IMG/VR virus record: IMGVR_UViG_3300020429_000539
Location: 268,263-332,262 of that record
DNA length: 64,000 nucleotides
Reading direction: 5' to 3' (one strand)
Source of the DNA: a virus
Taxonomy: Duplodnaviria > Heunggongvirae > Uroviricota > Caudoviricetes
How positions within the stretch are numbered: position 1 is the stretch's first letter; each line of letters opens with the position of its first letter. Below, in pieces: positions 38,301 to 46,268 of this stretch. The position numbers and the translations under genes are program-made. The notes under the pieces are model-generated. The model did no database searches. It was not told the origin of the DNA and was given only the letters and a program-made list of their open reading frames with translations.

Positions 38301-38448
38301 GCTCTATGTGTTGGTTCAAGTCTTTGATTCAAGCACAGGAAAGCAAGTAGAAATAGACGTAGACGTATTTAGCTCTGACCGAGTAGACCTCAACTTCAAG
38401 GCTGCTCCCGCTGGCGGTCAAAGCTACCGCGTCATCGTAGTGGGTTGA
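35311..38448 (+). CDS. Long fibre protein with LxDLxDV-GD repeats
   Basis: Four xGDxLxYxxGSxxAW repeats, two NQVAYW..D.LTGE repeats, and a GDLTINGTTTTVDTTNLIVEDN module. Confidence 0.8.
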   Translation: MAREFFTDIDLNQNEMQFMVMHPLAAAPSSGTEVEGQMYYDTIAQQPFFWNGASWTSMSSGAASSVPFGGITGGTNTSATMFVGTGASLSFTGLGTINANLLDGRVVDAPAAQDGEFLIFTGGSVNAWQSRKIVASDFPELELNDLVDVDINAANDGDLLQYIGGSINAWATVPASAITADLGDAVILNPASSTRNVISNTDGSAHTLLTIEAGSASTYDLFVVNNSSSSDIFTISSDGDVVVRGTIQGGGSAGAADSTAFILDNSGIGGGPRTFTFPNASGEIITDNSTQDITGRKTFDSGDLRLEGVVATHGWAFSANKSSGGFDTLHIPQPTSDVDVTMLITEDTLTAAGNFAVAVNTTEGLVTFRDIQNSDIANILALGDLTDVDYSGGGPSDGDLLVYLGGSVDAWVHRSPESILTDLSYLKGGGSANQVAYWDGADSLTGESEFTYNGTDLTLSATGSSLHLTSSTSGVTIGSSSVAHASDEAILIISDGGSDDVTFRTANNSADAASALEFQKARDTIASPDAVINNDIQGEIRWFAHNGSAYVETATIVAQSTENASVSGVGTRLVFSTINDASPGSPTTKLILDDDGVKAQDNFYVIAASSEVTTQTLFRNNGTGEITVGDYSLANLSDVEITGPGPTEGDILVYLAGSVDAWVPRDPNSFLDELPYVNGSGNVNQVAYWEDSDTLTGEAAFAYDPSSNALSVTSGTVTSGAFITGAGSVSSPSLRFSGDANTGIYQVGADSVGISAGGVNGITVAESLSTINVTVRDNLRLSNGTNYVGFGLPSLAGDTNYTLPATASSSDGQVLSSTTAGILGWVSIGSIHGSDTDFASQYVFNQPATATRNNVTSQGATVVPLRLIGASGQTANLFEIEDNSNTNLFVVDASGNVTITGDLTINGTTTTVDTTNLIVEDNFIVVNSAGIVQDAGIEVERGGAGSGDNAFLRFSESTNEWYVDNGTVSHLMARKYVEEITGDDSTTTFNILHDMGSLYVLVQVFDSSTGKQVEIDVDVFSSDRVDLNFKAAPAGGQSYRVIVVG

Positions 38449-38451
38449 TAA

Positions 38452-40833
38452 ATGGCCGAACGACGTTTCTTTACAGACCTAATTTTAGGCTCTGACAACA
38501 TGCAGATAGGCTTTGGGACAGGAAACCCCGAAAGCTCTGTAACTGCTGATGTCGGTTCGTTGTATCTTAGAAGCGATGCCACCGATGCTGGCAATTCCCT
38601 TTGGGTAAAGAATTCAGGCACGGGCGATACGGGTTGGCTTCAAGTCGGAACCATGCCTAATGGTTCAACAAGTGGTGATATACTGTTTGTTGGTCCTGAT
38701 GGAAACTTGCAGCATGACGGAAATACTGATTTTATTTGGGATTCTAGTAATAATAGATTAGGAATCAATACAGCAAGCCCAGATGCGGCCATCCATGCTT
38801 TTGATAACGGTTCAGCAACTTCTAGATTGATATTTGAAACAACAGATGTTACTAATTTTCCTGGTGTTCAGTTACAGTGGGATAGTACTGGAACAAGAAG
38901 CGTCTTGATGCGTGGCGCTGCGACAACATCGCTAGCGACAACGGGCGCAGGAAATGCTACAGAAATACAGTTCTATACTAGAGACTCTGGTGGAACTCTC
39001 GCTCAGAACATTATTTTTGACCAAGATGGTCATATCAATATCAATACGGGAAACGAGCTTCGGCTTTGGAACTCAACAGGGTGGACAGGCGGTAATTACA
39101 TTGGCCTCTCTGCTTCTGGAGCAACGGGAACACAGACTTACATTCTGCCTAATTCCGTAGGTTCAAGTGGTCAGTATCTTGAGCTTGACAATGCAGGCAC
39201 CGGACAACTGGTTTGGTCAACACCTGCCGGTGGCGGAGGCGGCGCAACGACTCTTGATGAGTTAGACGATGTAGATGCTGACCCTGCCCAAGATGGAGAT
39301 ATTCTACAGTTTATCGCTGGCTCTGTTAACGAGTGGCATCCTACTGATCATGTAGACTTATCTTTTGTTGAATCTCCAATAAGATCAACTACAGGCGTTG
39401 CTCCTTTTGTAATACCTGATTTTGATGGCAAGCTTATTACAACAAATCCTTTGAATAGTAGTCCTGATTCCTATGCCTATATTGGTCATCCTACTACCAC
39501 TAATGGCGGCGCTATTCTTCTTGGTGCTGGCAATAGCGCGGCTTCTTTGACGCTTACAGGGACAAATATAGGAGGAAGCGCTTTCTTTCAAGAACTTGCT
39601 GGCGGTGCGATTTTATGGCAATCTTTTAATCTATCTGGAGACCTTACTAGTCCCACAGCCGTTGCAGACGCTCCCGGCGTGTTTGCTGTATATCAGGATT
39701 CTGATGGCACAGGACAAGCTCAATCATTTGGTTATTTCCAAGCAAGCGGATATAACGGTTCTTCTTATGCAAATTCATGTGTCCTCGGCGCGTTTTATGA
39801 CAAGGATGGTCCTTCCATTAGTGAACTCGGTGCTGGCATGCCGGGTAAATGGATGTTTTGTACTTCTAATGGTGTCAATGAAGCATTCCCTCAGCCAGCG
39901 TTTTCTGTATTTTCTGATAAAGCCGTCGAGGTTGTGCGAGGAACTTTTCGTATCCGCCTTGGCAATGAGATGCAGCTATGGAATGCAGATAATGATGCAT
40001 ATGTTTCTCTTCGTGCGCCAGAGTCGCCGTCGAATGGTAGCGACAATGAAGTAAACTTCATACTACCTGATAGCACCGGCCAAGATGGTCAAGTCTTGAC
40101 TACAGATGGCACGGGAGCGATGTTTTGGAAAGATGGAGGCGCGACACAGTTTGAGATTAGTCAGGCTGTTTCTTTGGACCTTTTAGATGCTGTTTATTAT
40201 GATGGCAGTGATTGGCAAAAAGCACAGGCAGATGCAGCAAGCACGCTTGGTACCCATATAGTTACCGAGGTAAACGGAGACTATTACACTCTTACGCAAG
40301 CAGGTCGCATATTCTCCACGGGCCACGGCTTGACGCCAGGTGAATACTATTTCGTTTCGGATAGCGTTGCAGGCGGTCTAACCTCAACCGAGCCTTCAAC
40401 ATATAGTAATCCTTTGGTATTCGTAGAAGATGAGAACATTATCCATGTTCTACCTTTTAGGCCATCTATAAATAGTGCGTATAGCGATGTTCCGTTTATT
40501 AAGGGCATTGGCATTGAAAGTCCTGGTGGCTCTGAAGATATTACGATGTTCTTCACGGATGATGCCATAACCATAACGCAGATGAACGCGGTGCTTCGAG
40601 GCTCTTCCACTCCATCGGTGACATGGACGGTGCGTCATGGGTCAGACCGAAGCGCAACAGGTACAGAGGTTGTTACAAGCGGAACAACCACGACAAGCAC
40701 GACTTCTGGCTCAGAGGTTACGTCGTTCAATGATGCAACTATTCCTGCTGGTTCTTGGGTCTGGCTGGAGACTACCGCACAGAGCGGAACAGTCGATGAG
40801 ATAAACGTAACTATAGAATACACAAGGGATTGA
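38452..40833 (+). CDS. Fibre protein
   Basis: GNPESSVTADVGSLYLR, NNRLGINTASP, one LDELDDVD repeat, and GQVLTTDGTG...W segments. Confidence 0.78.
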   Translation: MAERRFFTDLILGSDNMQIGFGTGNPESSVTADVGSLYLRSDATDAGNSLWVKNSGTGDTGWLQVGTMPNGSTSGDILFVGPDGNLQHDGNTDFIWDSSNNRLGINTASPDAAIHAFDNGSATSRLIFETTDVTNFPGVQLQWDSTGTRSVLMRGAATTSLATTGAGNATEIQFYTRDSGGTLAQNIIFDQDGHININTGNELRLWNSTGWTGGNYIGLSASGATGTQTYILPNSVGSSGQYLELDNAGTGQLVWSTPAGGGGGATTLDELDDVDADPAQDGDILQFIAGSVNEWHPTDHVDLSFVESPIRSTTGVAPFVIPDFDGKLITTNPLNSSPDSYAYIGHPTTTNGGAILLGAGNSAASLTLTGTNIGGSAFFQELAGGAILWQSFNLSGDLTSPTAVADAPGVFAVYQDSDGTGQAQSFGYFQASGYNGSSYANSCVLGAFYDKDGPSISELGAGMPGKWMFCTSNGVNEAFPQPAFSVFSDKAVEVVRGTFRIRLGNEMQLWNADNDAYVSLRAPESPSNGSDNEVNFILPDSTGQDGQVLTTDGTGAMFWKDGGATQFEISQAVSLDLLDAVYYDGSDWQKAQADAASTLGTHIVTEVNGDYYTLTQAGRIFSTGHGLTPGEYYFVSDSVAGGLTSTEPSTYSNPLVFVEDENIIHVLPFRPSINSAYSDVPFIKGIGIESPGGSEDITMFFTDDAITITQMNAVLRGSSTPSVTWTVRHGSDRSATGTEVVTSGTTTTSTTSGSEVTSFNDATIPAGSWVWLETTAQSGTVDEINVTIEYTRD

Positions 40834-40834
40834 T

Positions 40835-42043
40835 ATGCCTGATACGTTCCGAGTTACAACATATGAATTAGAAGCAAATACGTTTACCGGAACAACATAT
40901 GATCTGACTCTAAACAATGATTTAGAGGCAAACTATTTTGTCATGGTAAATGGCGGAGCCGAAGGCAACATAACTAGAAATGCCGGAGATAATCATTGTA
41001 GAGTGACCGCAGACCCTTTTGGCACGGGCTTTTTGTCTACTTCTTCTGGGGCAGACGTTATAACTCTTTCAAGGGGGCTTAGCAATGATGCCTGGATAGG
41101 CACAGTCACGGTTATTGAGTGCTTAGGCGATGCTTCTGCAAGCGGGTTTACGTTGCTCGATGTAGTTAACCTTCAGTATGTTACTGCATCTGATACTATA
41201 TCGACGGCAACATCTGCGGCGTGGTCAGATATAAACCAGGTTGGATTGTATGGGGGCTTTAGAGGAGGAGGTAGTTCTGGCGTAGGAAGTTCGACGGCAA
41301 ACGGAGCCCATGATTGTAAGATATATCCCAGTGGAACTACCACTGTTAATGGCTTAAGAGATTTGACAGGCAAATCTGTATCATCGGTTGATTTTACGGT
41401 TTATGTTGTTGAATGGGGCTCTGAATGGAATATCCAAAGAGTTAATGTATCAGGCAATGCCGGTGGCGATGGAGCTAATGTTACAGGAGAATATGTAACA
41501 GCAGCTATATCATCTGTAACTAGAGACAATACTTTTGTTTTAGGATATGGAGTTACCGATGACGGCGGTATCGGCGACTCTTTCGGAGGCCGATTAGTTG
41601 TACTTGGCGATGGAGTAAACCAGAATGCAAGCGAAACATCTGTTGCTTGCGGTGGAGAGTATCCTGACAATATTGATGTTGAAGTATATGTTCATGAACA
41701 CACTGGCTTGGCTGTAGATTATAGATTCAAGGCAGACGGCGACTCAACTATAACAACTTATGACCACACAGTCGATGCTGCCCTTAGTTCAGAGACATAT
41801 AATACAACTTCTACAGTTTCTACAACAGAGGGCTATCGAGCGGCTATACAGTATAACGGATGCAATGGTACCGGAAATGCTTTTCCAAGACCTTATTTTG
41901 GTGCCAGACCGACAGCCTCTACGACAATAAATGTTATGAGAGGCTACAACGGTCAAAACTGGCCTGCGTGGGTTCAGTCTGTTGATATGAGCGGTATAAC
42001 CTATACAGCAGGAGGCGCTCGTAGGATTTTTCATGTTTTATAG
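40835..42043 (+). CDS. Virion structural / receptor-binding-like protein
   Basis: 402 aa, beta-rich, in the fibre cluster. Confidence 0.65.
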   Translation: MPDTFRVTTYELEANTFTGTTYDLTLNNDLEANYFVMVNGGAEGNITRNAGDNHCRVTADPFGTGFLSTSSGADVITLSRGLSNDAWIGTVTVIECLGDASASGFTLLDVVNLQYVTASDTISTATSAAWSDINQVGLYGGFRGGGSSGVGSSTANGAHDCKIYPSGTTTVNGLRDLTGKSVSSVDFTVYVVEWGSEWNIQRVNVSGNAGGDGANVTGEYVTAAISSVTRDNTFVLGYGVTDDGGIGDSFGGRLVVLGDGVNQNASETSVACGGEYPDNIDVEVYVHEHTGLAVDYRFKADGDSTITTYDHTVDAALSSETYNTTSTVSTTEGYRAAIQYNGCNGTGNAFPRPYFGARPTASTTINVMRGYNGQNWPAWVQSVDMSGITYTAGGARRIFHVL

Positions 42044-42059
42044 ATATTGAGGTTTATTT

Positions 42060-42485
42060 ATGGCTAACAACGCTCTGTCAAATGTAGCAGGCATTCCATC
42101 AGGCGGTAATCAGGGAGATGTTCTAACCAAAGATTCTGGCTCTGATTATGATACTATTTGGAGTCCAAACTCAAATAAAGTATGTTTGCAGTATACGATT
42201 CCTGACCCTGAAAATAGAACGTACAAACTTTTTCAGTATGTTCCCGTGGCTTTTACGCTTGAAGATATTTACTATGACCTTGATGTCGGAACATGCTCTC
42301 TCAACGTGAGATTGGAAGCTGTAAGCGTTGGCGGTTGGAGTTCTCTTTCTGCCACAACTACCGAGGGAACTGCATCGGCAACAAGCAATGACAGTGTGGC
42401 CGTGGGCGACACTTTGGATCTCGTGGTTTCTTCTGTCTCTAGTGCCGATATGCTCAGTATCACTATAGTTGGAACTGAATCATAA
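42060..42485 (+). CDS. Small fibre-associated protein
   Basis: GIPSGGNQGDVLTKDSGSDYDTIW trimeric-fibre-type motif. Confidence 0.65.
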   Translation: MANNALSNVAGIPSGGNQGDVLTKDSGSDYDTIWSPNSNKVCLQYTIPDPENRTYKLFQYVPVAFTLEDIYYDLDVGTCSLNVRLEAVSVGGWSSLSATTTEGTASATSNDSVAVGDTLDLVVSSVSSADMLSITIVGTES

Positions 42486-42734
42486 ATGGGATTTTGGCAT
42501 TCAGCAATCATAGCAAACGCGGGGGCTCCACCTCCTACTGTTGCTCCTACTGTTGCTCCTACTTCGCCACCTTCGCCGCCTTTTGTACCTGGACCTGGAC
42601 CCGTTCCCTTTGCTCCTGGTCCTACTCCTGGTCCTGTTCCGGTGGCTTTTGGTGCGGGAGGAGTTGAGACTAGAACATTCACGCCAGATGTATTTGGAAC
42701 AAAGGAAGACAGTCACGGAATTGAGAATCTGTAG
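42486..42734 (+). CDS. Pro-rich low-complexity small protein
   Basis: PPPTVAPTVAPTSPPSPPFVPGPGP. Fills the gap between neighbours exactly. Confidence 0.55.
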   Translation: MGFWHSAIIANAGAPPPTVAPTVAPTSPPSPPFVPGPGPVPFAPGPTPGPVPVAFGAGGVETRTFTPDVFGTKEDSHGIENL

Positions 42735-42746
42735 TAGAGGTCTAAT

Positions 42747-43442
42747 ATGTCTTTACCTATAGAGTTTAATGACAGAACTGGAGAAACAATATACGCTAAT
42801 CTGTTTAGCGCAACAGATAGGCGTAAAGCTTTTAATCCGACCACATCAGACTTTGTGACTCTATCCGCAAGCAATGAGGCAGATGTGGCGATTATCTTAG
42901 AAGAAGATTCAGTTCGTGTTGGTCATTACAAGTATACTATTTCAACAGTTACTAATATACCTGCTACGAGCGATGGCTCTTTTTATCTTATAGAGGTTTA
43001 CAGGGCTTTGGGAACGTCTTTTGACCGCTCATCTGATACGCTTATGGGGACTCTAGCCTTCTATTGGGACGGAGAAAGCGAGGTTAATGTCTGTGGTTGC
43101 GAATCTGCTTCATCGCCTGCGCCAAGTCCAGGCAACTCGCTAACCGCCCAAGAAGTCTGGGAATACAGCCAGCGGACTTTGACTCAAGATATTCAAGCTC
43201 CCGATATCTATGTTGACATAGAGAATCCTGACTCTCTAACTGATATAGAGATACCTGAGTGTCCAGATAACTCAGAAGAGATTGAGGCTCTCAAAGCGAT
43301 AATCGAGCAACAGTTTCAGACCATTAATGCTTTGCTGGAAGAAATAAAAGCAAATCAGTCAAGAAGGATTGGTACGCCAACCACACAGACACCTCGCATC
43401 GGTCGCAGTTCGGGCGGCTCATCTGATATCCGTGTCACCTAA
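42747..43442 (+). CDS. Hypothetical structural protein
   Basis: GAGG RBS. TAQEVWEYSQRTLT motif and C-terminal coiled coil. Confidence 0.68.
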   Translation: MSLPIEFNDRTGETIYANLFSATDRRKAFNPTTSDFVTLSASNEADVAIILEEDSVRVGHYKYTISTVTNIPATSDGSFYLIEVYRALGTSFDRSSDTLMGTLAFYWDGESEVNVCGCESASSPAPSPGNSLTAQEVWEYSQRTLTQDIQAPDIYVDIENPDSLTDIEIPECPDNSEEIEALKAIIEQQFQTINALLEEIKANQSRRIGTPTTQTPRIGRSSGGSSDIRVT

Positions 43443-43466
43443 AGGATAACGCTTGGTTCTTGAGAA
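43442..43466 (+). promoter_or_regulatory. Class-A promoter
   Basis: AAGG(43442)-N18-GAA(43464). Confidence 0.45.
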
Positions 43467-43475
43467 AAGGTAGTT

Positions 43476-44489
43476 ATGGTTCAAGCTATTGCAGATTATA
43501 GAGGCACTTTTGAACAAGGCGCAAGGACGACGCTGTTCTTGAAGATTACTGATTTTCAAGGCGACGCGGTTGACCCTTCGGCTATAGCTATTTCTATTGA
43601 GGACGCGGACGGCGACGAGGTAGACTCAGGCACGCCTGAAAAGATAACCGATGGTTTCTATATTTTTGATTGGAATATTGCAAACGATCAAACTGTAGGC
43701 GAATATACAGTTACCTGGACATACGATTTAGACAGTGATAATGTCACTACCGTCCAAAGCGTTATTGTCGCTGGCGACGGGGCGGTTGGCGCAGCATCTC
43801 AGTATTCTGATATGATTGCAGGTCTTAGAGCTTCGCTTGACATGCATCTTGGTTGTGCCCAGGCTATCCCTGTTCATGATGAGCAAGGTTCAATATGTGA
43901 TGACATGCAGACAGTTCGATTTACCTTTAACAAGTGGAATCAGAACAAGTTCACGAGAATATATCGCAATCAAAAAGAAGTAACTTCTGGCGTAACAATT
44001 AACTACTTCAAGGGCGAAGTCATTTTTGATGAACCGCTTACAGAGTTTGATACTGTCAACGGTAGTTACAACTTCAGATGGTTTAGCGATACGGAGCTAG
44101 ATAGATTCTTACAAAATGCTGTGCATATCCTCAACGTCTATCCTCCCGCGACTCGTGTATCTTTGCAGACGCTTGGCAATGGCGACAACCTCAAATACAT
44201 CCCTCTTGTTCTCTATGGGGCTGCGAAAGATGCTATTCGCGAACTCCTTATGTGTCTTCAGTTTCAGCAGCCGCAAGAAGTATTTGGTGGTCCCGACGCT
44301 GCGCGTCAGGCTTTTCAGAACCTTGAAACTCTAAAGAAGAACTATGAAGGCGATTTCAACCTTCTTCTAGAGCAAAAGAAGTATGGCTCGTATGTTGGGC
44401 TTACGAAAACTGTTGTTACGCCTGAATACACTTTGCCTGGCGGTCGTTCTCGCTGGTTCCGCTATCTTATGGGTGGTTTCTCTCTATAA
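43476..44489 (+). CDS. Putative neck / head-completion protein with N-terminal Ig-like domain
   Basis: N-terminal Ig-like segment (GFYIFDW...GEYTVTWTY). WFSDTELDRFLQNA helix as in head-tail connectors. Confidence 0.55.
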   Translation: MVQAIADYRGTFEQGARTTLFLKITDFQGDAVDPSAIAISIEDADGDEVDSGTPEKITDGFYIFDWNIANDQTVGEYTVTWTYDLDSDNVTTVQSVIVAGDGAVGAASQYSDMIAGLRASLDMHLGCAQAIPVHDEQGSICDDMQTVRFTFNKWNQNKFTRIYRNQKEVTSGVTINYFKGEVIFDEPLTEFDTVNGSYNFRWFSDTELDRFLQNAVHILNVYPPATRVSLQTLGNGDNLKYIPLVLYGAAKDAIRELLMCLQFQQPQEVFGGPDAARQAFQNLETLKKNYEGDFNLLLEQKKYGSYVGLTKTVVTPEYTLPGGRSRWFRYLMGGFSL

Positions 44490-44516
44490 TGACGATACAC
44501 GTATGGAGGTAGTATT

Positions 44517-44819
44517 ATGCAAGAGAAGTTTCCCGAAATGGATTCGCAACAAAAGCAGAAGCTTTACAATGCAATCAAAGACGAGTCTGTATCGTTCGTA
44601 TTTTTTCCTAGTGTCGAACTAAGAGACAAGATTGCAAAAGGAAGCGATGAGCTTCTAAATCAGCTTCCTGAAGGTATGCCTGGTATCATACTAGGCTGCC
44701 CCCGTGACTCGGGTATTCGACTGGATGCCGACCTGGTTATGAAGGTTATTGAGGGCACCGTTGATGCAAAAAACGCGCATCTTCTTGCGCACGGAGATAT
44801 ACGGGTCATTGGTTTCTAA
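44517..44819 (+). CDS. Hypothetical protein
   Basis: GGAGG RBS, preceded by GACGATA. Confidence 0.7.
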   Translation: MQEKFPEMDSQQKQKLYNAIKDESVSFVFFPSVELRDKIAKGSDELLNQLPEGMPGIILGCPRDSGIRLDADLVMKVIEGTVDAKNAHLLAHGDIRVIGF

Positions 44820-44892
44820 GCACTTCAATGTATCCTGTCTTGTGTCTAAATAAGCCTGTATTTACAGAGGTCTAAAAGGCAACCTATCAGTA

Positions 44893-45321
44893 ATGATAGT
44901 TGTTCCTTTTGGAGCGCACATGATGGATAAGAAAGTCTTTCAAAACTTTGAAGAGTTTGTGTCTCTAACGAGACCGCTTACGGTTGATCAGCGAAAAAAA
45001 CTGGTTGAATATCTGCCCAAGTCAGAAAAGCAAGCATTGCTAGAAACTTGGCAGTCACAGGGTTGGGAAGACTTATTTATACGCAACGAAATTGATCAAG
45101 TTGTTGACTTCATTCGAACTAGGTTCAATGAAGACATAATTTCATTGCGCATACAAGTCAAATCAGGCAATATCTGTAAGGTCAAACGCTCTTTTTGGGA
45201 CAGCGTATTGGTTATGTTTGAACCATACTCTGATGAGCAAAAACGGTATGTGTTGGAGGGCATAGAAACTGAAGACTTAGGACAAGAGTGGGTTCTTTTG
45301 GTTCCATCTAAACGGAGATAA
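44893..45321 (+). CDS. Hypothetical protein (start may be 44920 or 44923)
   Basis: GGAG lies upstream of the ATGATG at 44920. Confidence 0.65.
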   Translation: MIVVPFGAHMMDKKVFQNFEEFVSLTRPLTVDQRKKLVEYLPKSEKQALLETWQSQGWEDLFIRNEIDQVVDFIRTRFNEDIISLRIQVKSGNICKVKRSFWDSVLVMFEPYSDEQKRYVLEGIETEDLGQEWVLLVPSKRR

Positions 45322-45329
45322 ATACTCTA

Positions 45330-46115
45330 ATGTCAAGAAAGCATAAAACGTCAAACGGTAGCACGGCTACAGGGGGCAACGCCATGAGCGGAAAAGAAAA
45401 GATAAAGATACCAGTTGTTACGGCTAAGAACGAGGGACAGAAGAAAGCTCTTCGTACAATTAGCGAGCATAAAGTATCTATCATTTCAGGTGTTCCCGGA
45501 ACAGGTAAGACCCATGTAGCGGTTGGTTGGGGTCTTCAAGAAATGCAGAAAGGAAGATTTGAGAAGCTAGTTCTTACTCGACCTGTTATGGAGGCAGGCG
45601 AGAATCTAGGATATTTGCCAGGCACCGCCGAGGATAAGATTGCTCCATACATGATGCCCATGTATGATATTTTGAACCAATACCTATCTCTTGAGCAAAT
45701 CAAGAAATATGAAGCTGAGAAGAAGCTAGTTATTATGCCTATAGCGTATATGCGAGGTATTACTTTTAACAATGCCTATGTTGTTGCTGATGAATGCCAA
45801 AATGCAACCATAAAACAGATGCATATGATTCTAACCCGTCTCGGAGAGGAATCAAAGATTGTTATGACAGGCGACGTTCATCAGAGCGATATTCGCTCTG
45901 GCCCTCTTGGTCGTGGTGTGGTTGTAAACGGTCTTGAAGATGCTATCAAGAGACTTGAAGACATTCAAGAAGTTGGTTATGTTGAACTTGGTTACGAATA
46001 CTGTGTTCGTGACCCACTAGTTAACCTAATCGATGAGAGATACCGTGACCCAAGTTCATACCCTCCAATTCGCCATCAAGCGAGGTCGGTAGACTGGGAA
46101 AGCTTTTCCTCCTAA
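45330..46115 (+). CDS. phoH: PhoH-family ATPase
   Basis: GVPGTGKT, LTRPVMEAGENLGYLPG, YMRGITF, DECQN, LTRLGE and GDVHQSD. Confidence 0.96.
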   Translation: MSRKHKTSNGSTATGGNAMSGKEKIKIPVVTAKNEGQKKALRTISEHKVSIISGVPGTGKTHVAVGWGLQEMQKGRFEKLVLTRPVMEAGENLGYLPGTAEDKIAPYMMPMYDILNQYLSLEQIKKYEAEKKLVIMPIAYMRGITFNNAYVVADECQNATIKQMHMILTRLGEESKIVMTGDVHQSDIRSGPLGRGVVVNGLEDAIKRLEDIQEVGYVELGYEYCVRDPLVNLIDERYRDPSSYPPIRHQARSVDWESFSS

Positions 46116-46134
46116 ATGTCGATATAGATAGAAA

Positions 46135-46164
46135 ATAGACCCGTTCCAGCGAGCGGGTCTGTTT
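46135..46164 (+). terminator. Terminator-like hairpin after phoH
   Basis: ATAGACCCGTTC-CAGC-GAGCGGGTCTGT followed by TT. Confidence 0.65.
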
Positions 46165-46185
46165 ATGTGAAAACATGAATAGAGC

Positions 46186-46210
46186 AAGGATTCTGTCTCA
46201 GTTCATAGAA
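46186..46210 (+). promoter_or_regulatory. Class-A promoter
   Basis: AAGG(46186)-N18-GAA(46208). Confidence 0.5.
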
Positions 46211-46268
46211 AAGAATAAGCAGATAGATATTTGTATAGCAAATATTATAAACTAAATGGAGACAGCGG

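Noticed and set aside
42486-43442. TAG reassignment fusing two in-frame ORFs (TAG TAG at 42732-42737)
   Set aside because: Other TAG-ended genes (35303, 42043) would not fuse to neighbours, long genes have no internal TAG, and 42747 has its own GAGG RBS.
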